Assembly: GCA_012295275.1 (NCBI GenBank)
Contig: CM022666.1
Coordinates: 496,001-560,000 of the forward strand
Origin: Chrysomallon squamiferum
Lineage: Eukaryota > Animalia > Mollusca
DNA: 64,000 nucleotides
Reading direction: 5' to 3'
Both the position numbers and the translations under genes were made by a program. Positions within the stretch are counted from its first letter, which is position 1, and every line of letters starts with the position of its first letter. Shown in pieces: positions 47,441 through 60,137 of this stretch. Below the pieces are notes generated by a model. It did not search any database and was not told the origin of the DNA. It was given only the letters and a program-made list of their open reading frames with translations.

Positions 47441-49742
47441 TGCTATAACAACTGTTCTACTAATGCTACTGCTATTACAACTATTATTATTATTTTTTTT
47501 TTATTTTCAATTAATTTTAATTTTTTATTTTTATTTAATTTTAATTTTTAATTTTTTATATAAATTGTTTTTTTTACATATACTTACTGTTCCTTTATTC
47601 ACTGCAGCATCTATGTCCAGCCCTGATCAGATAAAACTGACACAGAAGGAGTTTGAGGTTGCTTTAGATGGTTTTAAGCCTGCATGTATCAGAAATGTCT
47701 CCTTGCATCAGGCAGGGGAGCTAACTTGGGATGACATCGGGGGCCTGACTGAAGTTAAAAGAGTCCTCATTGAAACTCTTCAGTGGCCAACAAAGGTAAA
47801 GATTACATTTAAAAAAATAATAATAATCATGATGATGATAAGATTGAAAAAGAAAATTTGTTTCTGAAGAACTGTTAATGGTTTGTCTTTCAAAGTTATA
47901 AAGAGTACCAGTTTAATTTTTCAAATGTAATGGATGAAAATATTTGTTTTATACATTTCTAAAATACATTTTGATGATTTAAAAACACTGTTTATTTCTC
48001 TGTGTTTCCAAAACTGAGTTGTTTCTAGAACTGAGTTGTTTTCTAGAACTGAGTTGTTTCTAAAACTGAGTTATTTCTAGAACTGAGTTGTTTTCTAAAA
48101 CTGAGTTGTGTCTAAAACTGAGTTGTTTCTAAAACTGAGTTGTTTTCTAAAACTGAGTTGTTTTCTAGAACTGAGTTGTTTTCTAAAACTGAGTTGTGTC
48201 TAAAACTGAGTTATGTCTAAAACTGAGTTGTTTTCTAAAACTGAGTTGTTTCTAGAACTGAGTTGTTTTCTAAAACTGGGTTGTTTTCTAAAACTGAGTT
48301 GTGTCTAAAACTGAGTTATGTCTAAAACTGAGTTGTTTTCTAAAACTGGGTTGTTTTCTAAAACTGAATTGTTTCTAGAACTGAGTTGTTTTCTAGAACT
48401 GAGTTGTTTCTAGAACTGAGTTGTGTCTAGAACTGAGTTGTGTCTAGAACTGAGTTGTTTTCTAGAACTGAGTTGTTTTCTAGAACTGAGTTGTTTCTAG
48501 AACTGAGTTGTTTTCTAGAACTGAGTTGTTTTCTAGAACTGAGTTGTTTTCTAGAACTGAGTTGTTTCTAGAACTGAGATGTTTCTAGAACTGAGTTGTT
48601 TTCTAGAACTGAGTTGTTTCTAGAACTGAGTTGTGTCTAAAACTGAGTTGTTTTCTAGAACTCAGTTGTTTTCTAGAACTGAGTTGTCTCTAGAACTGAG
48701 TTGTTTTCTAGAACTGAGTTGTTTTCTAGAACTGAATTGTTTCTAGAACTGAGTTGTTTTCTAGAACTGGGTTGTTTCTAGAACTGAGTTGTGTCTAGAA
48801 CTGAGTTGTTTTCTAGAACTGAGTTGTTTTCTAGAACTGAGTTGTTTTCTAAAACTGAGTTGTTTCTAAAACTGAGTTGTTTCTAAAACTGAGTTGTTTC
48901 TAGAACTGAGTTGTTTCTAGAACTGAGATGTTTCTAGAACTGAGTTGTTTTCTCTGTTTTCAGTACCCACGGCTGTTTGCTGCATGTCCATTAAGAACTC
49001 AGTCAGGAATCCTCCTCTATGGAGCCCCAGGGACAGGCAAGACTCTGTTGGCAGGCGTGGTTGCCAAGGAGTGTGGTCTGAACTTTATCAGTATAAAGGT
49101 TTGTTATTTGCTAATGAGTGAATTATTTTATTTATTTATTTATTTATTTTATTTTATTTTTTTATTTATTTTTTTTTATTTTTTTGTTGTTTTTTTTGTT
49201 GTTAATTAGTGAATGACTGAATAAACTGATGGATGGATGGTTGAATGAATAGGTGGAAGAGTGATGCATGAATGAATAAATGAATATATGATGATCAATA
49301 AGTAAATGAATGAATAACTCATTTATATCTTGTATTATGATAAACATGTTATTACTGTATTCATTTTCTTTATTAGTATAATTTATATATTCAGTCATAT
49401 TGTTTATTTAATCATAAAATTAATGTGATTGATATTCACACAGGGTCCTGAGCTGCTGAGTAAGTACATAGGAGCCAGTGAGCAGGCAGTACGAGACTTA
49501 TTTTTCAGGTAAACATCCTCATCTGTCACTTACAGCATCTATAGTTTGTATGTAAAGAGTGTTTGTAACAATTTGTATGTATATTGTTCTAGTCATCTCT
49601 CTCTCATACTGTCTTTTTATTTATCTGTTGTTCATGTTTATTGTCAATTTGTCCCTCTCTCTGAAGTATCTCTTTGTTCTTTTTATTTTTGTTTGTCTGC
49701 CTTTTTTCTGTCTAAATCTTTTCTTCCTTCTCTCTCTCTCTC

Positions 49743-49774
<32 letters not shown>

Positions 49775-50677
49775 GATATACATATGTATGCTTAGTTGCC
49801 TGAGAAATGAAGTTTGCATGAAACACACCCACACCAAACACATACAAACAGACAAATGACACTTACAGAACAAATACAACCACATTAATGTCAAAATGTT
49901 CCAAAATGATGTTATATATCCTTTCATTCATTTATTCACATGCTCTGTCATTCATTCTGAACAAGTACAAAAAGTTAAATTTGCATCTCACCATAGCATA
50001 CAGCTTCTCCTCCTCCTCCTGTGCGAGACAGGTTGGTCTAAGTTCTAGATTGGGACAAAACGTCATATAGTGAACGACAGTCTTGTCTTTCACTCGCTTC
50101 TTCTCTCTTAATCTCACTGGAGACTCAGTCTTCTTAACACACTTTTCAATTGTTTGTCTTTATTCTATCGGACTCAAAGCCTTCCATCCAGTCATCTGCT
50201 TTCCTACTTCCAAGTTTTCATTCCTGACACAGTTGTCTCCCTCTACAGAAAAAAACAAAAAAAACATTCTGAAATATTGCACATTTTTTAAATTTTATTT
50301 ATTAAAGTAGAATTAGAAATGGTAACATTTTATTTTAAATGTTGTAACAGAATTTTAAACTGTAAACTTTGGAAACTGAAACCTAGTTTGTCTCTGTATA
50401 ATTTAAAAGTATCTACTTTACATAGATATATAACATTAATGTCTACCTTTTCATTTCATAGAGCCCAAAGTGCCAGACCTTGCATTCTTTTCTTTGATGA
50501 ATTTGATTCTCTTGCTCCAAGGTAAATTTACTTACTTACATATTTATTTATTTATTTATTTATTTATTAGTTAAACGCTCAGTTATATTTTACTATTTTT
50601 TTTTGTCCACTGCAATTATGTAATAATACTGCCACTTAAAATAGATTTAAAAGATTAATTGTAGGTGAAATAACAAG

Positions 50678-50721
<44 letters not shown>

Positions 50722-51368
50722 TAGAGAGAGCTATTATTATTTACTATTTTTGTATTTATAATCATCATTATTATTAGTTATTTTATTTTTATTTTTATTT
50801 TATTATTTTATCATTATTACTATCATTGTAATAACTAATGCTGTTGTTATCATTAGTACTACTACTATTATTATTATTATTGCTGTTGATGTTGTTGTTG
50901 CTGTTGTTGATGTTGCTGCTGTTGTTGCTGTTGATGTTGTTGATGCTTTTTGTTGTTGATGTTGTTGATGCTGTTTTTGTTGGTGATGTTGTTGTTGTTG
51001 CTGTTGTTTTTGTTACTGTTGTTGATGTTGTTGTTGATGTTGATGTTGTTGTTGATGTTGATGTTACTGTTCTGTGTTTCGCAAGGCGAGGACATGACAG
51101 TACGGGTGTCACAGACAGAGTGGTCAATCAGCTGCTCACACAGCTGGACGGAGTCGAAAGTCTGAGCGGTGAGTTTGTTTTGTTTTACTCACTGAATTAA
51201 ATCTGTCAGTAACATGTTCTCTGTGAGTCAGAGCAGTTTTACACAATCGAGAGTTCAACAAATATGGCTACTGATGTGAATATGATAAGAATGTATTTAT
51301 AAGTTTTTTTATATCTTTAGCTTCTGTAAATGTTTTCAAAGCATTAGTAATATTATTTCTTTAAAGTT

Positions 51369-51412
<44 letters not shown>

Positions 51413-52966
51413 ACTTCTTTTATTTATTTATGGTTTATTTATTAACTTTTTTTTTTTTTGTCTTTTTTTATTTTTTTTTTTTTTTTATTTTTTTTTTTTA
51501 TTTATTTATTTATTTTCATATTTAGACATTTATTTGTTTATTTATTTATTTATTTATTTTCATATTTATTTATTTATTTATTTATTTATTTACAGGTGTG
51601 TATATACTAGCAGCTACCAGTCGTCCAGACCTGATTGATCCTGCGTTGTTGCGTCCTGGTCGACTTGATAAAAGTCTTCACTGCGGCCTCCCAAACAAAG
51701 TGAATATTTTATTTTAAAGTTGATCTTGCTGCTGGAATAGAAGATTACCTATTCAAATAAAATTAATCTGAACTGTCAGTGCTCACTGACTCTTAATACT
51801 GTCATCATCATCATCCTCATTATTAATAGGTGATCTGGACAATAAACTAGTACAAGAAAATAGAATTGTAAAGTGCGTGTGTTTCTAGGCTGTAACAGAA
51901 AACTGTGGCATGGAGTCCTAACAGTTAGATTTAAATCAGTGTCAGTGTTGCCACTTCTTAAACTGTGTTTTTTTATTTATTAGAAAATCAACTATCGAAA
52001 CTTAGTTTCAGTGTCTAAAATAAACCTTTACAGTTTAAAATTCTGTTACAGTATTTAAAATAAAATCTTACCATTTCTAATTCAACTTTAATAAATAAAA
52101 TTTAAAAAATGTGCAATATTTCAGAATGTTTTTTTTTTTTCTTTTTCTCTTTACTTAACAGAAAGAGAGGCTCTCCATCTTGAAATCCCTCACAAGAAAA
52201 ATGTATCTGGCCAGTGACGTCAATCTTCAGCAGATAGCTGACACGTGTGAGAATTTGACTGGAGCAGATTTTAAAGCTTTGCTTTACAACGCGCAGCTGA
52301 AAGCCATTCACGAACACACAGATCTCAATTACTTTGAAAAACGGACGACACTAACGAAGGGAGACAACTCCGACCATACTGAAGAATTAAGCACTGTAGA
52401 GGGAGACAACCGTGTCGGGAAGGAAGAGTTGGAAGTAGGAAAGCAGCTGCCTGGAAAGAAGGCTTTGAGTCCGATAGAAGAAAGACAAACAATTGAAAAG
52501 TGTATTAAGAAGACTGAGTCTCAAACAATTGAAAAGTGTGTTAAGAAGACTGAGTCTCCAGTGAGATTCAGAGAGAAGAAGCGAGTGAAAGACAAGACTC
52601 TCGTTCAGTATATGACGTTTTTTCCCAATCTAGAACTTGGACCAACCTGTCTCGCACAGGAGGAGGAGGAGAAGCTGTATGCTATGGTGAGATGCAAATT
52701 TAACTTTTTATACTTGTTCAGAATGAATGACAGAGCGTGTGAATAAATGAATGAAAGGATATTTAATATCATTTTGGAACATTTTGACATTAATGTGGCT
52801 GTATTTGTTGTGTATGTGTCATCTGTCTGTCTGTATGTGTTTGGTGTGGGTGAGTTTCATGCAAACTTCATTTCTCAGGCAACTAAGCATACAGATACGT
52901 TACATTTACATGTATGTATGTGACTGTTCATGCATACACATGCATATCTTTGTGTGTGTGTGTGTG

Positions 52967-53019
<53 letters not shown>

Positions 53020-53653
53020 GTTAGAGAAGACAGAGAACATAAGAGAATTTCAAACAGAGAAAGTAATAAACATGTATGAGAAGCCAAGTGATAAACTTTT
53101 ATTATTTATCTTCATTCTCACTTGAAATGTTACCCTTCACTGTTCACACCAAACATCAACAACAACACTGAGAAGAAAAACTTTTTCATGCACAGCTGTG
53201 ACATATTCAGCCATTAAGAAACCTTTTTGTATTGAAAAACTCACACATTTTAAATTTCTTTTTATATTTATTTTATATCCTTTTCAAAAACCGTTTATGG
53301 ATGAGAAGTAATTTCTAAAATTCCGCCACAATGCTTGGAGCAGCGGCCCGAAAACCTTATTACATCTGTCAAGAGAAAACCGAATTAAACCTGAGTGAAC
53401 GCATTATGTTTTGTGTGATACATAGATACCAGATTAACACAAATACTGCCTCAGGCATCATTCAGTAATAGACTGTAATGACTGTCAACAACAGGACCTT
53501 TCAGTCAAACTGAGAGCAGAGAATTAAGTTGAAGTGCTTCTTACAATACAAACTTGAAACACATTTAACACCTGCTATTTATTCCAGTGTGAAATTCTCT
53601 TCCCCTTTTCTTCACTCTTTTTTTTTTTTTTTCAGATCAATGTTGTTTTTTCT

Positions 53654-53690
<37 letters not shown>

Positions 53691-56600
53691 CTTAATACTT
53701 TTTATTTAATTTCTTTTCTTTCATTTTTTTTTTTATCTTCCATTACATTTTTTAATTATTTTTATGTTTCAGTTTATCATTTTATGATTTTTTTTCTTCA
53801 ACTTTTTAGAAAGATTCACTTTTTGTTTATCATCATCAATTTCTTTTACTTTTTCTTCTTTATGATTATTATTATTATTATTACTGTTTCAAGATTGAGG
53901 AAATTTACAAGAGAGAAAATATAAGGACTGACAAGATGATGATTTCAGAACCAGACTCAGGATATCACATGATCCAAGTCAACCAATCACATCTCTTGAA
54001 AGCTCTCAGTGAACTCCGACCTTCAGTGTCAGCAGAAGAACGTAAAAAATACCAGTATATGTAAGTATCTATGTTATAATAATAACAACAACCATAATAG
54101 TAATAACAATAATAAAAAAAATAATAATGATATGATAGTGACAAAATAATAGGTAAAACAACAAAAATAGATAAATATTGCCCCAAAATAACAAATATAA
54201 TTAATTATTGTGTATTATAATTTCATTACAATTAAATTTTATTTATCATGTTTTCCTTACAGGTCATTCCATGTCAAATCACACAAAACAATTTTTTTGA
54301 ACCTGACTGTCTCAGACATTTTTACACACACACACATACAGACATACACACATAAAAAAAAAGTGGATATTTATTAAATCAAAAGAAATGGTGATGATAA
54401 AAATATAACAACAACAACAACAACAATATATATTATATTGATAAAAATGGTAAGGGTGTCAAATCACCCAATGGGTTAAACCAGACTGTCTCAGATTTTT
54501 ATGAAACTTGGTATACTTGTTGATTAGGATCCCACAGCACCAAATCCAAAATTCTAGGCTAATCGGACCAGCAAAGTGGGGGATAGGCCCCGCACATTTT
54601 TGGATTTTGGGCCAAAATGAGCCTTACCACCAACCTTTGAACCTTCATAACTCAGGAACTACTGGGCCAATCATCATAAAATTGGTATTGTTGTAAAGAC
54701 AATATGACAAGATTTCCAAATCTGCCATTATTGTTCAGTTTGAGGATGTTGGGGTACACTGACCTTCTGACCTTTGTTATGACCTTGAAATTGACCTCGT
54801 GGATGACGTGATCTTGAGATGACCTTTAGTTAAATTGAATCTCCCACATGTTAACTAAAACATATAAAAGTTTCAGAGGTGTAATCTTTTTTGTTTAGCC
54901 ACAACATAGATTTAAAAAATGCATGTCTGCATGAATGATTGATACAATGCATTACAATGTACATTTTCTACATGTATAGGCTTCTCTGAGATCAAAAACT
55001 CATCTTTTGAGTCAAAATCCACCTGTCATGTCTGAAGGAATGCCTGAAGGATATGAAAAGATGCCAAATGGCATAACATGTTCTCACAATCAGGCCCAAA
55101 TGGTTAACAGGAAGTGTGGCTTCGGGCATGTCAGGAACTCCTTGAAGTCCCCTGGTAACTGAGCACATGGCAGTTAGTAGTTTCTACTAATAATACTTCT
55201 AGTACTCTGTCTATTCCCACTACCTTTTGTTCCTAGCTTTTTCTACTAATACTACATTGTTCGGTACTAGTAGTTACTTCTAGTACTGCTATTACTATTG
55301 TAACTCCCACTAGGCTCCTGTTATTACCAACATCTCCACTACTACTACTACTACTACCACCACCACCACCACTGGTATTACTTAGGTATACTGGATATAT
55401 CCTTCAGGCATTCTTTCAGACATGTCAGGTGGATTTTGACTCAAAAGATGAGTTTTTGGTCTCAGAGAAGTGTATACATGTAGAAAATGTACATTGTAAT
55501 GCATTGTATCAAACATTCATGCCGGCATGCATTTTTTAAATCTATGTTGTGGCTAAACAAAAATGATTACACCTCTGAAACTTTTATATGTTTTAGTTAA
55601 CATGTGGGAGATTAAATTTCAAGAAAGGTCATCTCAAGGTCACATCATCCACGGGGTCAATAACATATCATAACAAAGGTCAGAAGGTCAGTGTACCCCA
55701 ACATCCTCAAACTGAACAGTAATGATTTGGAAATCTTGTCATATTGTCTTTACAACAATACCAATTTTATGACGACTGGCCTAGTAGTTCCTGAGTTATG
55801 AAGGTTCAATGGTTGGTGGTCAGGCCCATGTTGGCCCAAAATCTAAAAATTTACGGTGCCATATCTCCCACATTGCTGGTCCGATTAGCCTAGAATTTTG
55901 GATTTGGTGCTGTGGGATCCTAATCAACAAGTATACCAAGTTTCATAAAAATCTGAGACAGTTGGGTTTAACCCATTGGGTGATTTGACACCCTTACCAT
56001 TTTTATCAATATAATATATATTGTTGTTGTTGTTGTTATATTTTTATCATCACCATTTCTTTTGATTTAATAAATATCAGCACATTTTTTTATGTGTTTA
56101 TGTGTCTATGGGAGTGTGTGTGTAATACTTTTTAAACAAGTGATGATCAGTGAAATTTAAATACTGTAAAAATAAACACATTTTATAATTGTTTAGTGAT
56201 CTCTGAAATTTGTATAACTGAACAAATTTTTTTTTCTGTTTGGAAGTACAAGCTTCCCCTGATTGATGTTCTGTTACTAACATATTTACCTGTATTCTGA
56301 CTACTTTATTTATATTTACATGTGGAGTTGTTTGGTGTTGTTTCTTTAAAACAATCACCTCAGTGCACCACACAGCCTTTCATTGACAAACACGTTCAAA
56401 CTACTCACTCCCACCTCATCTCTTTGTCCACCGTTCTTTTAACTATACACCTCATCTCTTTGTCCACAGTTCTTTTATCTATACACCTCATCACTTTGTG
56501 AGGATCACCCAAGACTTGTTTATCTTTCTGCTTATCTCACCCCTCTGTTTTCATCCCCTACCCCCATCTATCTATTAGTCTTGTCCGTGATTGACAAATA

Positions 56601-58471
56601 AGACAATCCAGTGGTTAAGCTGCTGTCAGTGCCTGAGTGACCAAACACTGGACATTGATCAAGCTGTTTTCACTGCACAGATGACCAAATACTGGTGTTT
56701 GGTCAAACTGTCCTCGCTGCCCGAATGACCAAACATTGGTTTATTCATACTGACCAAATACTGTTCATTAGTTAAACTATCTTATCTATGTTAATCTTCT
56801 TTCCACCCTAGAATTGTCAACTGTTTTCTTTTTTTCTTTTTTTTTTTCATTTTAATTCCACACTATCTGTAACCACCTGTCACTTTAAAAGCTGAATTTG
56901 TTTTGTTTTCATTAGTGCCAGAATGTTTGGTGTTAGGTTACCTCACGGTATCGGTATTTTTCACCGGATTAATGCCGATTCATCGGTCTCTATCTCGAAC
57001 AAACACTTGTAGTGTACCTCCAACTGCTAGCGACACACAAGACGTCAATTGGTGAATTCATTCCGTGCCAATTTCAACTTTGTGCTCGGTGTTTGTCGAA
57101 GCGGTCGTTGTGCATTCACGTCAGCCCCTCACACGATGCTGTCATTAACTCACATCTCTTGACAGCAGCTGCCTTGCTATCTTTTCAAGCCTGCCCTGCC
57201 CACTCAACAACCCAACACTGGCGGTTTCGTGTCCATGCAAATCTCGACACTTGTTTATAAGCAGACTAGCGGTGTGGGCTCTGTTTGTGCTCTGTGTACC
57301 CGAACCAGTGACCCTATTATTGGCTATTTGCTGGCCGAAAAGTCAGCAAATCCCTGAGTCAACAGGCAAGATAAGAACGAGAGATCTCTCCCATTGACAG
57401 GGTCAGCTTCAGAGTTTTCTTTGTTTTTTTTGTTTGTTTTTTTTACCTGTACACCTGCAGTTACCTGTATTCATTTACATGCATTCACCTGTACATACCT
57501 GCATTCACTTATACTTACCTACATTCACCTGTATTTCCTTTTATTCATCTGTTTTACATTTCATTTACATGCATTCACCTGTACATACCTGCATTCACCT
57601 ATACTTACCTACATTCACCTTTATTTTCTTTTATTCGTCTGTTTTACCTATATTGATTTGCCTACATTCACCTGAATGTTTTTATTCTTCTGTATTTATT
57701 TCTATTAATTTACCTTCATTCACGTGTATTTTCTGTTTTTTTCATCTGTATTTACCTATATACACCTGTATTTTCCTGTATTCTTCTTCACTTACTTGCA
57801 TTAGTTTACTTGTATTCACCAGTACTTTCCTGCTTTCAGCTGTATTTACCTGTATTCATTTACCTCAATTCACCTGTATCTACCTGTTTTTACATCTGTA
57901 CATTTATGTTTGTTTGTATTCATCTACAAGCATTCACCTGCACCTACCTGTATTCACCTTTATTTAACCTTCATTTGCCTATTAATGTGCACACATTCAC
58001 CTGCATTTATTCAGTACATGTCTTGTGTTCATCAGAATTGCATTTTTTCAGTTTATTTATCTTCATTAAAAGTGAATTCACAAGTACACATTTACATTTA
58101 TTTATGAAACACATTTGCTTTGATTTATTTCTGAGCACCTACATTCATGTGTGTCATTTGCATTAATGTCTATTTGTTTGTGTTTACATTAATTCACATT
58201 TTATTCACTTTTAGTTATTTGTATTTTGTTTTATTTTTTAATTTAAAAAAAAAAAAAAATGTTGTATATGTATTGTCCAGATTTCCATATAGGTGTGTGT
58301 TCTATGTGTGTGTTTGTGTCCATTTGTCTGTCTGTAAATGTAAAATATAACATTTTCACAGTATATTTTCTCTAATTTCTCTTTTTCAGTTATGAACACT
58401 TCATGTCATCTAAACAGGCTGATTTCAGTCCAGATTTAGCCACTGAAATGAAAAGAGCAACACTTGCTTAA
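36333..58471 (+). CDS. PEX1: Peroxisomal AAA+ ATPase PEX1 (peroxin-1), 20 exons, 1356 aa
   Basis: Exons 36333-36437, 37652-37801, 38156-38239, 38920-39034, 40862-42012, 42425-42548, 43085-43298, 43894-44126, 45517-45675, 46012-46166, 46831-47002, 47608-47795, 48964-49098, 49444-49508, 50462-50521, 51086-51168, 51596-51699, 52162-52686, 53894-54060, 58390-58471; all GT-AG and in frame. Motifs: [23 protein letters not shown] (N domain); D1 Walker [19 protein letters not shown], Walker B IFLDDL; WDDIGGL; D2 [81 protein letters not shown]; C-terminus KRATLA. Confidence 0.95.
44450..45516 (+). repeat. ~50-58 bp minisatellite in PEX1 intron 8 containing CAG|GTAAGT; last unit supplies the real exon 9 acceptor
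   Basis: Unit ~tcacagtattaaaacagttttgtaat(..)ttttaaatggtttcaggtaagtga(g/c)a, about 19-20 copies. Confidence 0.95.
48010..48952 (+). repeat. 17-18 bp minisatellite in PEX1 intron 12 (~50 copies) abutting the exon 13 acceptor
   Basis: Unit aactgagttgtt(t)tcta(g/a). Confidence 0.95.
49780..50400 (-). pseudogene. Antisense duplicate of PEX1 exon 18 (3' half) and flanking intron within intron 14
   Basis: Reverse complement of ~52395-52895 joined to reverse complement of ~52030-52140. ORF 49932-50117(-) mirrors the exon 18 peptide; GAA>TAA substitution near 50161. Confidence 0.9.
54325..56125. mobile_element. Foldback/long inverted repeat in PEX1 intron 19 (arms ~54325-55054 and ~55397-56125, ~340-bp spacer)
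   Basis: Arm match, e.g. ggtaagggtgtcaaatcacccaatgggttaaa (54449) vs tttaacccattgggtgatttgacacccttacc (55967); inner ends cctgaaggatat / atatccttcagg. No transposase ORF and no target-site duplication identified. Confidence 0.7.
57465..58020. repeat. Degenerate (attcacctgt/tttacctgt)-rich tandem repeat
   Basis: Includes a ~90-bp duplication beginning ttcatttacatgcattcacctgtacatacctgcattcac at ~57470 and ~57560. Confidence 0.7.
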
Positions 58472-58840
58472 ATAGTGACATTAAATAAAAAGAGCAACAC
58501 TTGCTTAAATAGTGACATTAAATAAAAAGATCAACAGCTGTTTAAATAGTGACTGACATTAAATAAAAAGATCAACACTTGTTTGAATAGTGACATTAAA
58601 TAAAAAGATCAACACTTGCTTAAGTAGTGACATTAAATAAGATAAACACTTGCTTAAATAGTGACATTAAATAAGATCAACAGCTGTTTAAATAGTGACA
58701 TTAAATAAAAAGATCAACAGTTGCTTAAATAGTGACATTAAATAAGATCAACAGCTGTTTAAATAGTGACATTAAATAAGATCAACAGCTGCTTAAATAG
58801 TGACATTAAATAAGATCAACAGCTGTTTAAATAGTGACAT
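58451..58840 (+). repeat. ~35-42 bp tandem repeat (~10 copies) starting in the last PEX1 codons and forming the proximal 3' UTR
   Basis: Unit (aaa)aga(g/t)caaca(c/g)(t/c)tg(c/t)ttaaatagtgacattaaat; unit 1 encodes KRATLA*. Confidence 0.9.
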
Positions 58841-60085
58841 GGAATGTAAAGAGCTTAAATTCTGAAATGTAATAATTTTTAAAAATTGATTGCATACTAA
58901 GTTAATTCAGTATTTCACAAAAAACAATAATAATTGTCAGTTTAAATTAGAAAAGTGACATTGTATGTGGTAATCACATAAATTAACAGTGCTGTTATTT
59001 CTTATAGTAACTCTGTGTGTACATAAATAATGTTAGTGTGTAAAAATAAAGTTATATTTCATACACTGGCAAATTTCATTATGTGATGGTGGTAGCTAGC
59101 ATTCACCAAGTTAAATTGATGTTATTGTTATTTTTGACTTGAACTCTGTAATTTTCTAATGTGAATGTAAATAGTATAATGACACAGTGAACATAAAATA
59201 ATGATATCTGTGTAAAATTACTCTTACTTCTTTCACATCAGTTTTTAAAGTGCGTCATACATGTTCATAATCAATCATAAATAGAATGCAATCAGTGTGT
59301 GCTGTAATTATACTGTTCATTTTCATTTAGTATGAAATAGAACCAGTTTTCAATTAGTGATATTAAAATAATATTTTCATTAGTTCTGTATCAGTGTTCA
59401 TATTAATAATAGCAGCAAATTAATATATAATACTGCTTGTGTGTGTGATTGTGTCCATATGTAAACTGATTTTATGCAATATGTTCAAAGAGTGTTGCAG
59501 TGTATTAAAAATGGGTTATAGGAATTTATTTGAACTGACAATAATAATTTGTTGAACTGGATTTTATTTGTGAATCTGAATGGACACAAAATTATAAAGA
59601 CAAATGTGACACATTATTTTAAATATAACATAACTGTACATCAAATAATTACAATTTACTTATGAAGCACCTGATTATGAATTTCTTATGAAGCACATAA
59701 TTATGAATTTCTTATGAAGCTTATAATTATAATTTATTTATCAAGCACACAGTTGTAATATACTTACTAAGAATATAATTATGGACAAATGTACTGATGT
59801 GACTGATTATAAATATTATGTTTTATATCTTTATTATTTAATGCCTTGTCTATCTGCATTATTTTTTGCAGAAGTGTATTTAGTGCATTATAATACTTCA
59901 GATGTTAAATAGCTGAATTACCACTGCAGACTTTCAAAGTTTTTCTTACAGTCTGTGATAGGACAGTTTTGTTGCTAAATAAATGTTTGTGGTCTCGTGT
60001 GGGTTCTTTATAATACAGAGTGTTTTATTGTTTCTTGGTTCACTGTTTTTGTAGCTTTACAAATGAAAATGATGTATGTGTTTAT

Positions 60086-60137
<52 letters not shown>

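Noticed and set aside
56900-57420. GC-richer island in PEX1 intron 19 with an 82-aa ORF
   Set aside because: No domain motif, and PEX1 is complete without it; probably a decayed repeat.
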